A stretch of 64,000 nucleotides of DNA from the NCBI GenBank assembly GCA_963674755.2, contig CAXXVS010000001.1:640001-704000 (forward strand). Reading direction: 5' to 3'. The notes beneath the pieces were generated by a model. That model ran no database searches, was not told where the DNA came from, and saw only the letters and a program-made list of their open reading frames with translations. Positions 8,845 through 18,128 of the stretch are shown in pieces. Position 1 is the stretch's first letter; each line of letters opens with the position of its first letter. Origin of the DNA: Desulfobacterales bacterium. Its GTDB lineage: Bacteria; Desulfobacterota; Desulfobacteria; Desulfobacterales; UBA5852. The position numbers were made by a program, and so were the translations under genes.

Positions 8845-10161
8845 ATGGAAAATCCCATGACAACCCAAGCGACCCTTGAATTTGACGCCCTGGTGCTGGG
8901 TGGCGGCATTGCCGGACTGCAGGCGGCCCTGGATCTGGCCGATCAGGATTTCACGGTGGCCGTCATCGAAAAAGATGTCTCCATCGGCGGGAAAATGATC
9001 CGGCTCTCCAAGGTCTTTCCCACCCTGGACTGCGCCAGCTGTATTACCACCCCCAAAATGGCGGCGGCTGCCCATCACGAAAAGATCCGCATTTTCACCG
9101 ACAGCGACCTGCAAACGCTGCAGCGCGCAAACGGTGACCTCAGCGCCACCGTCACACGCCGTCCCCGCTACGTGGATCTGGACAAGTGCATCGGCTGCCG
9201 CCAGTGCGAATACGGCTGCCCGGTTTACGTCCCGGACGAAGAACAGGGCGGCTTTACCATGCGCAAGGCCATTCACATCCCGTTTTCCAATGCCATCCCG
9301 CAGATTGCGACCCTGGATGTGGAAAACTGCACCCTGTGCGGCAAGTGCGCCAAGGTCTGCCCCACCGATGCGGTGGACTATTTCCAGCAGCCGGAAACCT
9401 TCACGATCAAGGCCAAAACCGCCGTCATGGCCACCGGTTTCAACCTGACCCCCATCAGCCAGAAAAAGGAATACGGCCAGGGGCAGGTGGCCAACGTGAT
9501 CACCTCCCTGCAGATGGAGCGCCTCCTGGCGCCCCACGGTCCCTACCAGCGGGTCATCCGCCCTTCGGACGGCAAGGAGCCCGAGTCCATCGCCTATGTG
9601 CAGTGCGCCGGCTCCCGGGACAAGAGCCTGGGTATTTCCTACTGCTCGCGGGTGTGCTGCATGTACGCCATTAAGCAAGCCATGCTGATTTCCGGGGCCC
9701 TGCCCCTGGCGGATATCACCATCTACTATATGGACATCCGCGCCTTCGGCAAAGGCTACGAACAATTTTTCCAGAACGCCAAGGCCATGGGCATCGAATT
9801 CGTCAAAGGCAAAATCGCCTCCATTGCCCAGGCCGGCGACCAGAATGTGGCCCTGAAGTACGAAGCCCAGGAAGAAGACGGACGGCTGGCCACGCGGGAG
9901 CACGACCTGGTGGTGCTGTCCCTGGGCATGGTGCCGGAATGGAATCCGGCCGGGGTGTGCGGTCTGCCCACCGACACGGATGCGTTCATCAAATGCCGCA
10001 TGCCCCAGACAGCCCCCACCCGCACGGAGATGGAAGGCGTGTTTGTGGCCGGGGTGGCCGCCGGACCCAAGGACATCGTCGATACGATCACTGAGGCCGG
10101 CGCGGCCGCTATGGAAGCCTCAAATTATTTGAAGTCCATCGGCAAGGACCAGGCCGCCTGA
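8845..10161 (+). CDS. HdrA/QmoA-like FAD- and Fe-S-binding oxidoreductase subunit
   Basis: GGGIAG FAD motif, LSKVFPTLDCASCI, two CxxCxxCxxxCP, CAGSRD, YCSRVCCM, GPKDI. Confidence 0.92.
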   Translation: MENPMTTQATLEFDALVLGGGIAGLQAALDLADQDFTVAVIEKDVSIGGKMIRLSKVFPTLDCASCITTPKMAAAAHHEKIRIFTDSDLQTLQRANGDLSATVTRRPRYVDLDKCIGCRQCEYGCPVYVPDEEQGGFTMRKAIHIPFSNAIPQIATLDVENCTLCGKCAKVCPTDAVDYFQQPETFTIKAKTAVMATGFNLTPISQKKEYGQGQVANVITSLQMERLLAPHGPYQRVIRPSDGKEPESIAYVQCAGSRDKSLGISYCSRVCCMYAIKQAMLISGALPLADITIYYMDIRAFGKGYEQFFQNAKAMGIEFVKGKIASIAQAGDQNVALKYEAQEEDGRLATREHDLVVLSLGMVPEWNPAGVCGLPTDTDAFIKCRMPQTAPTRTEMEGVFVAGVAAGPKDIVDTITEAGAAAMEASNYLKSIGKDQAA

Positions 10162-10217
10162 CGCGACGGCGTTATCGATGAGAAGAAACGCTATCGCGTT
10201 TGGGAATAGATTGGTTT

Positions 10218-10244
10218 CTTCGTGTCCTTCGTGCCCTTCGTGGT
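10218..10244. repeat. Three tandem 9-bp units CTTCGTG(TC/CC/GT)
   Basis: Direct reading; intergenic between the two hdrA-like genes. Confidence 0.7.
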
Positions 10245-10296
10245 AAGCGCTTTTGGAATTTACCCGCAAGGCTTTCCGGATAACAGGAGATAAGCG

Positions 10297-12147
10297 ATGC
10301 AGTCCGAAAAACCTGACAATGATTCTTCCGCCAAAAAGGTCGGCGTCTATATCTGCCACTGCGGCGGCAATATTTCCGACCACGTGGATGTGCAACAGCT
10401 GGCCAAGAACGTGGAATCCATCGACGGGGTAACGGTCACCCACACCAATATGTTCATGTGCTCGGACCCCGGCCAGGAACTCATCCAGGAGGACATCAAA
10501 AGCGGCAAGATCGACCGGGTGGTGGTGGCTTCCTGCGCGCCCAGCCTCCACGAACTGACCTTCCGCGGGGCCATCAAACGGGCCCACATGAATCCCTATC
10601 TCTACGAGCATGCCAACATTCGCGAGCAGGTCAGTTGGGTCCATCACGGCGAATCGGCCACGGCCAAGGCCACCCAGCTGGTGGCGGCGGCCATTGCCAA
10701 AGCCAAGGATCTGGAAGCCCTGGAGCCGGTGCGGGTGGACGCCAACCATCACGCCACCGTCATCGGGGCGGGGGTGGCCGGCATGCGCGCCGCGCTGGAC
10801 ATCGCCCGACGGGGCATCCAGGTCACCCTGGTGGAGAAGTCCGCCTACCTTGGCGGCCGGACCGCCCAATTGCATCGCCTGGCGCCCACCGAAGCCACGG
10901 CCGAAGAGGTCATCGCGCCCCTGGCCGAGGCCGTCTGCCAGGAGCCCCGTATCCAAGTGTTGACCGGCACGGAGGTGGCGGGCTACGAGGGCTATGTGGG
11001 CAATTTCAGGCTCACCCTGCGGTCGAACGGAGCGGCGCCCGCCAGTGATGCGGCTCCGGGCACCTATGTCCCCTTTGCCGGCTACCGCCCCCCGGCGTCA
11101 GCAAAGACCGATGACGGGCGGGTGCTCGACACCGGCGTGATCGTTCTGGCCACCGGGTTTCGCCCCTACCAGCCCCAGGAGAACGAATACGGCTATCTGA
11201 CCCAGCCCGAAGTCATGACCCTGCCGGACTTTATCCGCCAGCGCGCCGAAAGTCAGGGCAGCGGGAAATGTCTGCAGATCGGGGGGCGTGACGTTCGACG
11301 CATCGCCTTTATCCACTGCGTCGGCAGCCGCCAGATTCCCGGCATCCACGAAGCGGCCCCCGGCGCCAATCTGAACGAATACTGCTCGCGCACCTGCTGC
11401 AGCGCCATTCTCCGCGCGGCGGTGGACATCCGCAGCCACCATCCGGAAACCCATGTCTTCGACTTTTACCGGGATATCCGCACCTACGGCCGGGGTCAGG
11501 AAGACTACTACGACCGGGCCTCCGCCCAAAACGTCATGTTCTTCCGCTTCGAGCCGGAGGCCCCGCCGGTGATCGAACGCAGCAGCGGCCGTTTTCCCCT
11601 CAAGGTCCGCGTCAAGGACACCCTGACCTTCGGTGAAGAGCTGAGCGCCGAGGTCGATCTGGTGGTGCTGGCGGTGGGCATGGAAGCGCAGCCCATTACC
11701 GATCTGGTGAACATGATGAAGCTGCCCACCGGCATGGACGGTTTTCTGCAGGAGGTTCATCCCAAACTCCGTCCGGTGGAGGTCGCCAACAACGGCATCC
11801 TGCTGGCCGGCACCTGCCAGGCGCCCTTCGACGTGTCCGAGGCCTGTGCCGCCGCTCAGGCCGCCGCGGTCAAGACCGCCTCGCTGTTGGCCAAGGGCTA
11901 TGTGGAACTCGACCCCTACGTGGCGCAAGTCGATACCGCACGCTGCACGGCCAACGGCCTGTGCCAGAAGGTCTGTCCCGTGGAGGGTGCCATCCAGCGT
12001 GAGGCCGATGGCAAAGCCCGGGTCAATCCGGCCCTCTGCACGGGCTGCGGCATCTGTGTGGCCGAATGCCCCGAAGAAGCCATCGATCTCAAAGGCTGGA
12101 CCCTCCAACAATACGAAGACATGGTGGATGCCATCGTGGCGGCATAA
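10297..12147 (+). CDS. HdrA/QmoB-like FAD- and Fe-S-binding oxidoreductase subunit
   Basis: YICHCGGNI, CSDPGQ, SCAPSLHE, ANIREQ, GAGVAG, CVGSRQ, CSRTCC, HPKLRPVE, C-terminal ferredoxin. Confidence 0.92.
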   Translation: MQSEKPDNDSSAKKVGVYICHCGGNISDHVDVQQLAKNVESIDGVTVTHTNMFMCSDPGQELIQEDIKSGKIDRVVVASCAPSLHELTFRGAIKRAHMNPYLYEHANIREQVSWVHHGESATAKATQLVAAAIAKAKDLEALEPVRVDANHHATVIGAGVAGMRAALDIARRGIQVTLVEKSAYLGGRTAQLHRLAPTEATAEEVIAPLAEAVCQEPRIQVLTGTEVAGYEGYVGNFRLTLRSNGAAPASDAAPGTYVPFAGYRPPASAKTDDGRVLDTGVIVLATGFRPYQPQENEYGYLTQPEVMTLPDFIRQRAESQGSGKCLQIGGRDVRRIAFIHCVGSRQIPGIHEAAPGANLNEYCSRTCCSAILRAAVDIRSHHPETHVFDFYRDIRTYGRGQEDYYDRASAQNVMFFRFEPEAPPVIERSSGRFPLKVRVKDTLTFGEELSAEVDLVVLAVGMEAQPITDLVNMMKLPTGMDGFLQEVHPKLRPVEVANNGILLAGTCQAPFDVSEACAAAQAAAVKTASLLAKGYVELDPYVAQVDTARCTANGLCQKVCPVEGAIQREADGKARVNPALCTGCGICVAECPEEAIDLKGWTLQQYEDMVDAIVAA

Positions 12148-12266
12148 CCCCCTGGCGGGGGTTATTATAAAAAACTTAAGAGCACGGCACCGGAGCGACT
12201 GCAGTTCTCCGGCCCTCCATCCGAGAAGATGGGTGTTGATCGAATCCAGAAAACCGGAGGCGCACC

Positions 12267-12545
12267 ATGAGCCCCAAACCCGACAAAGAAGCCCTGAAGC
12301 AGCTGCGCGGCGAACGCAAAAGATGGATCGACCGGGCCCGCAAGGCCGTCAAGGCCCAAAACGCCGTCACCAAAGCCATTAAAGCCCAGTTGGCCGAGGA
12401 ACCGCGCACCGTGCCCGAGATAGCCCGGACCCTGAAGATGAAGACCGGCGAGGTGCTGTTGTTTATCTCCGCCCTGCGCAAATACGGCGAAGTGGTCGAA
12501 GGCCCCAAGGACGGGGACTATTTCAAATACCAGCTGGCGGACTAG
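12267..12545 (+). CDS. Small winged helix-turn-helix protein
   Basis: TVPEIARTLKMKTGEVLLFISALRKYGEV helix-turn-helix plus wing; GGAGG RBS. Confidence 0.75.
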   Translation: MSPKPDKEALKQLRGERKRWIDRARKAVKAQNAVTKAIKAQLAEEPRTVPEIARTLKMKTGEVLLFISALRKYGEVVEGPKDGDYFKYQLAD

Positions 12546-12578
12546 CCCTAACAGCGTAAAAATCCATGGAGACAAGCC

Positions 12579-13745
12579 ATGAGTGCCGAGGTCAATCCCG
12601 AACTGTTGTTGAATCTTAAAAAATTTGGCGTCGAGGATGCCGCCGCCTGCTTCAACTGCGGCAACTGTACGGCGGTCTGCTCCCTGTCGTCCGAATCCGT
12701 GCCGTTTCCCCGCAAAGTCATCCGCTACCTCCAACTGGGGCTGAAGGACAAACTTTATGAAAGCCCGGAGCCCTGGCTGTGCTACTACTGCGGCGACTGC
12801 TCCGAGACCTGTCCGCGCCAGGCCAACCCGGGGGAAGTCATGATGGGCCTGCGGCGCTACCTGACCGCCCGGTACGACTGGACGGGGATATCGCGGCTTT
12901 TCTACACCTCCAAGGTGTTCGAGGTCTTCGCCATCCTCGTGGTGGCCGCCCTGGTGGGACTGGGCTTCTACTTTTTCCACGGCCCCATGCTGACCGACCG
13001 GGTGGCGCTCAATGTGTTCGCGCCCAACACCGTCATTGAAATCCTGGATCTGATCATGCTGGTGGTGCTTTCCTTCTTCCTGCTCACCAACGCCTACCGC
13101 ATGTTCAAGGCCGTCATGGGAGACCCGGCCCAGTACCCGGCCCTTTCCTTTGCCGAAAAACAGCAGGTCCAGAACCGGCTGGTGCGCGGTGTGCCTGTGT
13201 CGATCTATCTCAGCGAGGCCAAGGAATTTGTCGTGCAATTCTTCACCCAGAAGAAGTTTGCGGCCTGCGGAACGGCCTCCCAGAAGACCCAATGGATCAA
13301 CCATCTCCTGATCATGACCGGCTACTCCATCGTCTTCGCCCTGGTGGTCGTCGGTATCCGCTGGTTCCAGCGGGATGAAATCTATCCCCTCTGGCACCCG
13401 ATCCGCATTCTCGGCTACTATGCCACCTTTGCCATTCTGTACGGCACCACCATCGCTATCCGGGGGCGGCTCAAGAAGAGCAAGACCGTCTACGCCCACA
13501 GCCATTCTTCGGACTGGGCCTTTCTGATCCTGCTGTGGCTGACCACCTTCACCGGCATCCTGATCCATGCGGGCCGACTGCTGGAACTGCCCATGGCCAC
13601 CTATGCCATTTATGTCATCCACATGATGATCGCGGTCCCCATGCTGGTCATCGAGGTCCCCTTTGCCAAATGGACGCACCAGCTCTACCGCCCGCTGATT
13701 CTCTACCTCATGAAGGTCAAGCAGCGCGCTTTGCAGGCCGGCTGA
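12579..13745 (+). CDS. QmoC-like membrane protein (2x[4Fe-4S] plus cytochrome b-type TM domain)
   Basis: CFNCGNCTAVC and CYYCGDCSETCP at the N-terminus, several TM helices with His residues, PFAKWTHQLYRP. Confidence 0.85.
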   Translation: MSAEVNPELLLNLKKFGVEDAAACFNCGNCTAVCSLSSESVPFPRKVIRYLQLGLKDKLYESPEPWLCYYCGDCSETCPRQANPGEVMMGLRRYLTARYDWTGISRLFYTSKVFEVFAILVVAALVGLGFYFFHGPMLTDRVALNVFAPNTVIEILDLIMLVVLSFFLLTNAYRMFKAVMGDPAQYPALSFAEKQQVQNRLVRGVPVSIYLSEAKEFVVQFFTQKKFAACGTASQKTQWINHLLIMTGYSIVFALVVVGIRWFQRDEIYPLWHPIRILGYYATFAILYGTTIAIRGRLKKSKTVYAHSHSSDWAFLILLWLTTFTGILIHAGRLLELPMATYAIYVIHMMIAVPMLVIEVPFAKWTHQLYRPLILYLMKVKQRALQAG

Positions 13746-13870
13746 ACGTCGGCCGCATCATAGCGGGGACTTGATTGACACCATCGATGAAGGCCGTCGC
13801 GGCAAGCGCTGAAGCGCTTTCGGAGACCACTTCAAACGCCCAACACGACATTTTAGGGAAGGAAGGAAAA

Positions 13871-14248
13871 ATGACCGAACAGACTGAAAAAATTCTCTAC
13901 ATCGGCACCAATGCCGGGGACGACCCGGAAAAAGCCGCCATGCCTTTCGTGATGGCCAACGCCGCCCTGGCCATGGATATCGAGGCGACCGTCTGCCTCC
14001 AAGGCAACGGGGTCTACCTGGCCTTGAAAGGCTACACTGAAAAGATGACGCCCCCGGGGGGATTTCCGCCCCTCAAGAAACTGGTCAGCGAATTCATCGA
14101 GCTGGGGGGCAAATTGCTGGTCTGCGTGCCCTGCATCAAGGAGCGCAACATCGACGAGGCCACCGACCTGATCGCAGGCGCCCAGACCACCGCGGCCGGG
14201 GCCCTGAACATCGAGGCCACCGAATGCAAGGCCGTTTTCGTCTACTGA
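13871..14248 (+). CDS. DsrE family protein
   Basis: DDPEKAAMPFVMANAALAMD, LQGNGV, GGKLLVCVPC; start ATG 13871 after GGAAGGA. Confidence 0.88.
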   Translation: MTEQTEKILYIGTNAGDDPEKAAMPFVMANAALAMDIEATVCLQGNGVYLALKGYTEKMTPPGGFPPLKKLVSEFIELGGKLLVCVPCIKERNIDEATDLIAGAQTTAAGALNIEATECKAVFVY

Positions 14249-14377
14249 AGCCAACCGCCGTCCGCACGGCCAGGCACAAGGCCGCTGCGGCATGCGCCCC
14301 CGCAAACACCGGCCCGGCCGAACGACGCAGGCGCGTCATCGGCGGGGCCGGCGGGCCGGGGGCTGTGAGGAACACTT

Positions 14378-15085
14378 ATGGGAACTGCAACGATCGACAT
14401 CTCTCCCCGGCGCATTTCCGACCTGGTGGACGCCAAACAATCCGGGGCCGACGTGCGCCTGGAAACGGTGTTTGAAATCCTGCCTGTCGATTTCCACCAT
14501 GAACGCAGTCCGTTTCATGCCTATGTCTTTTTAGCGAAGTACAGCGGAACGGTCGACGGCCTCGATTTTGCGTTCCGCAAATGCTACGCGCGGGGCTGTC
14601 CCAACAACCTTTGTACCCATGTCTCGATTGCCGTGCAAATCGCCAACCGCTATCTGCAGCGCGATTATCATGCCCTGGCAGCCGCCGGCATCGGCGTGGC
14701 CGAAACCCTGTTCAGCCTCGATGACATGGTGGTCAAGTTCGAGCGGTTGAAGACCGAAATCCCCCAGGTTCTTACGCTGTTGGACCTGGTGGGTATGGCC
14801 CGGGCCGGGACCACGATTACCATGGGGATCGTACTGGAGGCATTACCGGCCGTGGAGCATTTCGCCCACAAGGAGAACGCGCAAACCTTCCTGAGCGGCG
14901 AATTTACGGCCCGGACCGCGGCCGGGGAGACCTATGTCTGCCATCGCTGTTTTGCCTGCTACGCCACAAGTGCCGAAGAAAGCGAAAAGCCCGTGGCCCT
15001 CAAGGTCGCCAATGCCCGGCTGGACATCCTCTACAAACAATTCGCACAGAGCGGCGTCACCTTTACGCCCCAATTCTTCGCGTAA
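14378..15085 (+). CDS. Hypothetical protein with two Cys-rich motifs
   Basis: GAGGA RBS; CYARGCPNNLCTH and CHRCFAC. Confidence 0.75.
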   Translation: MGTATIDISPRRISDLVDAKQSGADVRLETVFEILPVDFHHERSPFHAYVFLAKYSGTVDGLDFAFRKCYARGCPNNLCTHVSIAVQIANRYLQRDYHALAAAGIGVAETLFSLDDMVVKFERLKTEIPQVLTLLDLVGMARAGTTITMGIVLEALPAVEHFAHKENAQTFLSGEFTARTAAGETYVCHRCFACYATSAEESEKPVALKVANARLDILYKQFAQSGVTFTPQFFA

Positions 15086-15164
15086 CAAGCGCAGCACCGT
15101 CGGGCGGCGGCAGGGTCCCTCCGGCGGTGCGGTGCAAGGCCTCTTTATAGTGGAGGAAACCGCG

Positions 15165-15833
15165 ATGACCGAGGGAGTCAAAAAGGGGCGTCTCGCCGGC
15201 CGCGCTTCGCCGCCTGGCAGGGCGGCGGATCGTCATCTGACCGCCATCCTGGATACCCTATTGCTGGGGGCGGTCATCATCGACCCCCAAAGACATCGTA
15301 TCGTCTATGCCAACGCCGAGGCCGCGGCGCTGATCGGCCGGCCGCTGGAGGACATGGTCGGCCATGTCTGCCACAACTTCATTTGCCCTGTCGCCGCAGG
15401 GCAATGCCCCATCACGGATCTTCGCCAGGAAATCGATCATTCCGAACGCTGCGTGCTCAACCGGGCGGGCCAAAAGATCCCCATTCTCAAATCCGTCAAG
15501 AAAATAGCGTTTGCCGGCCGCGGCCACCTCCTGGAAACCTTCATGGACATCAGCGCCGTAAAAGAAAAGGATCGCCTCCAGGGCATGCTCGAAATGGCCG
15601 GCGCCGCCGCCCATCATCTGGGCCAGCCCCTGCAAATTCTTCTCACCGGCGCGCAATACCTCCACAGGCACCCTTCGGTAGAGGCTTCCGGCGAGGTGGC
15701 GGAAGAGATGCTCAAGGCGATCCACCGGCTCAAAGGCGTCATTCACCGTATCCAGAACATCACCCGCTACGAAACCGAAGAATATTTCCGCGGCCGGCGC
15801 ATCGTCGACCTCGACCGGGCCTCCCGTCGTTAG
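15165..15833 (+). CDS. PAS domain plus HisKA-like protein without ATPase domain
   Basis: PAS (IVYANAEAAALIG, CHNFIC...CP), EMAGAAAHHLGQPLQ phospho-acceptor helix, no N/G1/G2 boxes; GGAGG RBS. Confidence 0.8.
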   Translation: MTEGVKKGRLAGRASPPGRAADRHLTAILDTLLLGAVIIDPQRHRIVYANAEAAALIGRPLEDMVGHVCHNFICPVAAGQCPITDLRQEIDHSERCVLNRAGQKIPILKSVKKIAFAGRGHLLETFMDISAVKEKDRLQGMLEMAGAAAHHLGQPLQILLTGAQYLHRHPSVEASGEVAEEMLKAIHRLKGVIHRIQNITRYETEEYFRGRRIVDLDRASRR

Positions 15834-16128
15834 ACGCCGGTGAAAAGCTCGGCGCCTCACGCCAGGACGGCCTACCAAAGCGCAAGGCAAGCGGACGCCT
15901 TGTGCCGAATACCCCTTTCGTCCTTCTGAAATACGGTTCCCACCGTATGGCATCCTGGGCGTGCCATCGTATGCTGTAATGGTGATAAGGAATCTTGGCC
16001 CGGAGCAACTGTTGCCCCCTGCTGTCGGCTGCCCGAACGGTGCCCCGCCGCAACGGCTACTATTTCGACCGACTGTCAGCCAAGTCTTTCAGCGACAACC
16101 GGTTTCCATATTGTGAAGGAGGTCGACC

Positions 16129-17757
16129 ATGTTTTGCTACCAGTGCGAACAGACTGCCCAAGGCACCGCCTGCACCGTGCAGGGGGTTTGCGGCAAGAGC
16201 CCGGAGGTGGCGGCCCTGCAGGATCTGCTGCTCTATGCCCTGATGGGCTTGTCCCAGGTGGCGGTGGAGGGGCGCAAGTTCGGTGTTACCGACCGGGATG
16301 TCAACATCTTTACCGTCAAAGCCTGTTTTTCCACCTTGACCAATGTGGACTTCGATCCCGAACGTTTTATCCGTCTGATTCACGAAGCGGCCGCCCAACG
16401 GGAAGTCCTCAACGACAAGGTCGCCGCGGCCGGCGGCAAGGCCGACTTCCCGGATGGCCCGGCCCATTTGGCGCCCCAATCATCGCTGGAAGGGCTCGTG
16501 CAGCAGGCCCAGACCGTGGGCCTCAAATCCTACCCGGCCGCCAATCCCGATATCCTCGCCCTCAAACACACCACGCTCTTCGGTCTCAAGGGCGTCTGTG
16601 CCTACGCGGACCACGCCCAGATCCTGGGCCGGGAGGACGAGGCGGTCTATGCCTATGTCCATGAGGCCCTGGCGGCCATCCAAAGCGACAACATGGGCCT
16701 CCAGGACTGGCTCGCCATGACGCTCAAGTGTGGCGAAACCGCCCTGCGGGCCATGGAACTGCTCGACGCCGGCAACACCGGGACCTATGGGCATCCCGTC
16801 CCCACCATGGTGCCCCTGGGGCACAAGGCGGGCAAGGCCATCCTGGTCTCGGGCCACGATTTGAAGGATCTCGAAGAATTGCTCAAGCAGACCGCCGGCA
16901 AGGGGATCACCATTTACACGCACGGCGAAATGCTGCCCACCCACGGCTACCCCGCGCTCAAGGCCTACCCCCACTTCTACGGCCACTACGGATCGGCCTG
17001 GCAGAACCAGATCAAGGAATTCCCCAACTTTCCCGGGGCCATCCTGATGACCACCAACTGCATCCAAAGACCGGCCAAGGCCTACAAGGAAAATATCTTC
17101 ACCACCGGGCTGGTGGGCTGGCCCGGCGTACCGCACATTCCGGATCATGACTTCCAGCCGGTGATCGACAAGGCCCTGGCCATGCCCGGCTTCCCGGAGG
17201 ACAGCAACGGACGCAAGGTGATGACCGGATTTGCCCGCAACGCCGTCCTGGAGGTGGCCGGGCAGGTCATCGAGGCCGTCAAGTCCGGCGCTGTACGGCA
17301 CTTCTTCCTGGTGGCCGGCTGCGACGGCGCCAAACCGGGCCGCAACTACTATACCCGCTTCGTGGAGCAGGTCCCCAAGGACTGCATCGTGCTGACCCTG
17401 GCCTGCGGGAAATTCCGCTTCTTCGACCAGGACCTGGGCGACATCGGCGGCATCCCCCGCCTGCTGGACGTGGGCCAGTGCAACGACGCCTATTCGGCCG
17501 TGCAGATCGCCGTCGCGTTGTCCAAAGCCTTCAATGTCGGCGTCAACGAGCTGCCCCTGTCGCTGGTGCTCTCCTGGTACGAGCAAAAGGCGGTCTGCGT
17601 CCTGCTGGCGCTGCTGCACCTGGGCATCAAAGACATCCGGCTGGGGCCTTCCCTGCCGGCCTTTATCACACCCAAGGTGCTCGATGTCCTGGTGCAAAAC
17701 TATGGCATCAAACCCATCGGCACGCCGGAGGAGGATTTGAAGGCGATCCTGGGGTGA
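16129..17757 (+). CDS. hcp: Hybrid cluster protein (hydroxylamine reductase)
   Basis: MFCYQCEQT...C...GVCGK, SGHDL, THGEM, TTNC, GCDG, LACGK, GQCNDAYSA, SWYEQKA. Confidence 0.97.
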   Translation: MFCYQCEQTAQGTACTVQGVCGKSPEVAALQDLLLYALMGLSQVAVEGRKFGVTDRDVNIFTVKACFSTLTNVDFDPERFIRLIHEAAAQREVLNDKVAAAGGKADFPDGPAHLAPQSSLEGLVQQAQTVGLKSYPAANPDILALKHTTLFGLKGVCAYADHAQILGREDEAVYAYVHEALAAIQSDNMGLQDWLAMTLKCGETALRAMELLDAGNTGTYGHPVPTMVPLGHKAGKAILVSGHDLKDLEELLKQTAGKGITIYTHGEMLPTHGYPALKAYPHFYGHYGSAWQNQIKEFPNFPGAILMTTNCIQRPAKAYKENIFTTGLVGWPGVPHIPDHDFQPVIDKALAMPGFPEDSNGRKVMTGFARNAVLEVAGQVIEAVKSGAVRHFFLVAGCDGAKPGRNYYTRFVEQVPKDCIVLTLACGKFRFFDQDLGDIGGIPRLLDVGQCNDAYSAVQIAVALSKAFNVGVNELPLSLVLSWYEQKAVCVLLALLHLGIKDIRLGPSLPAFITPKVLDVLVQNYGIKPIGTPEEDLKAILG

Positions 17758-17817
17758 TGCTGGATGCTTGATACCGGATGCCTATATCGAAATCGGGACG
17801 GGATCGTAGCTTCTTCC

Positions 17818-17848
17818 GTCATTCTCCGGCCTGGTCGGAGAATCCAGT
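17818..17848. repeat. REP-like palindrome GTCATTCTCCG...CGGAGAATCCAG
   Basis: ATTCTCCG/CGGAGAAT stem with GTC and CCAG flanks. Confidence 0.5.
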
Positions 17849-17852
17849 CCAT

Positions 17853-17892
17853 AAAAGGGCCAATCGCCAGAAACTGGGGTTGGCCCTTTTTT
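17853..17892 (+). terminator. Intrinsic terminator after hcp (possibly bidirectional)
   Basis: AAAAGGGCCAA...TTGGCCCTTTTTT stem with U-tract. Confidence 0.75.
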
Positions 17893-18128
17893 CGTGGTGG
17901 ATTAGCGACCCGTGGCAACGGCTACTACAAGGACGGACAGGGATTAGTTAAAACGATGTGGAAGATCAGCATGCCATCCAAAGTACCTTTAAATAGCAGG
18001 TATCGCAATGTTGAAGGGTTTATAGTTTAGCTGAAGATATATAATGTTTATAGAGGTTTTTTTAAACTGGTAATAGCTTTTTGGTTTCACAATTGGTTAC
18101 CTTCATCATTTCTACACTATTGAGTTAA

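Noticed and set aside
8410..12147. Selenocysteine in the MvhD- or HdrA-like proteins
   Set aside because: The frames are open and full length with no in-frame TGA at Cys positions
7969..13679. Long antisense ORFs (e.g. 7969-9903, 11098-12111, 12165-13679; likewise 6160-7512, 36278-37696, 52746-54098)
   Set aside because: Shadow frames of high-GC genes that are well supported on the opposite strand
15831..15920. Possible degenerate intergenic repeat before hcp
   Set aside because: Single copy in the window with no convincing stem; cannot be supported without a genome search
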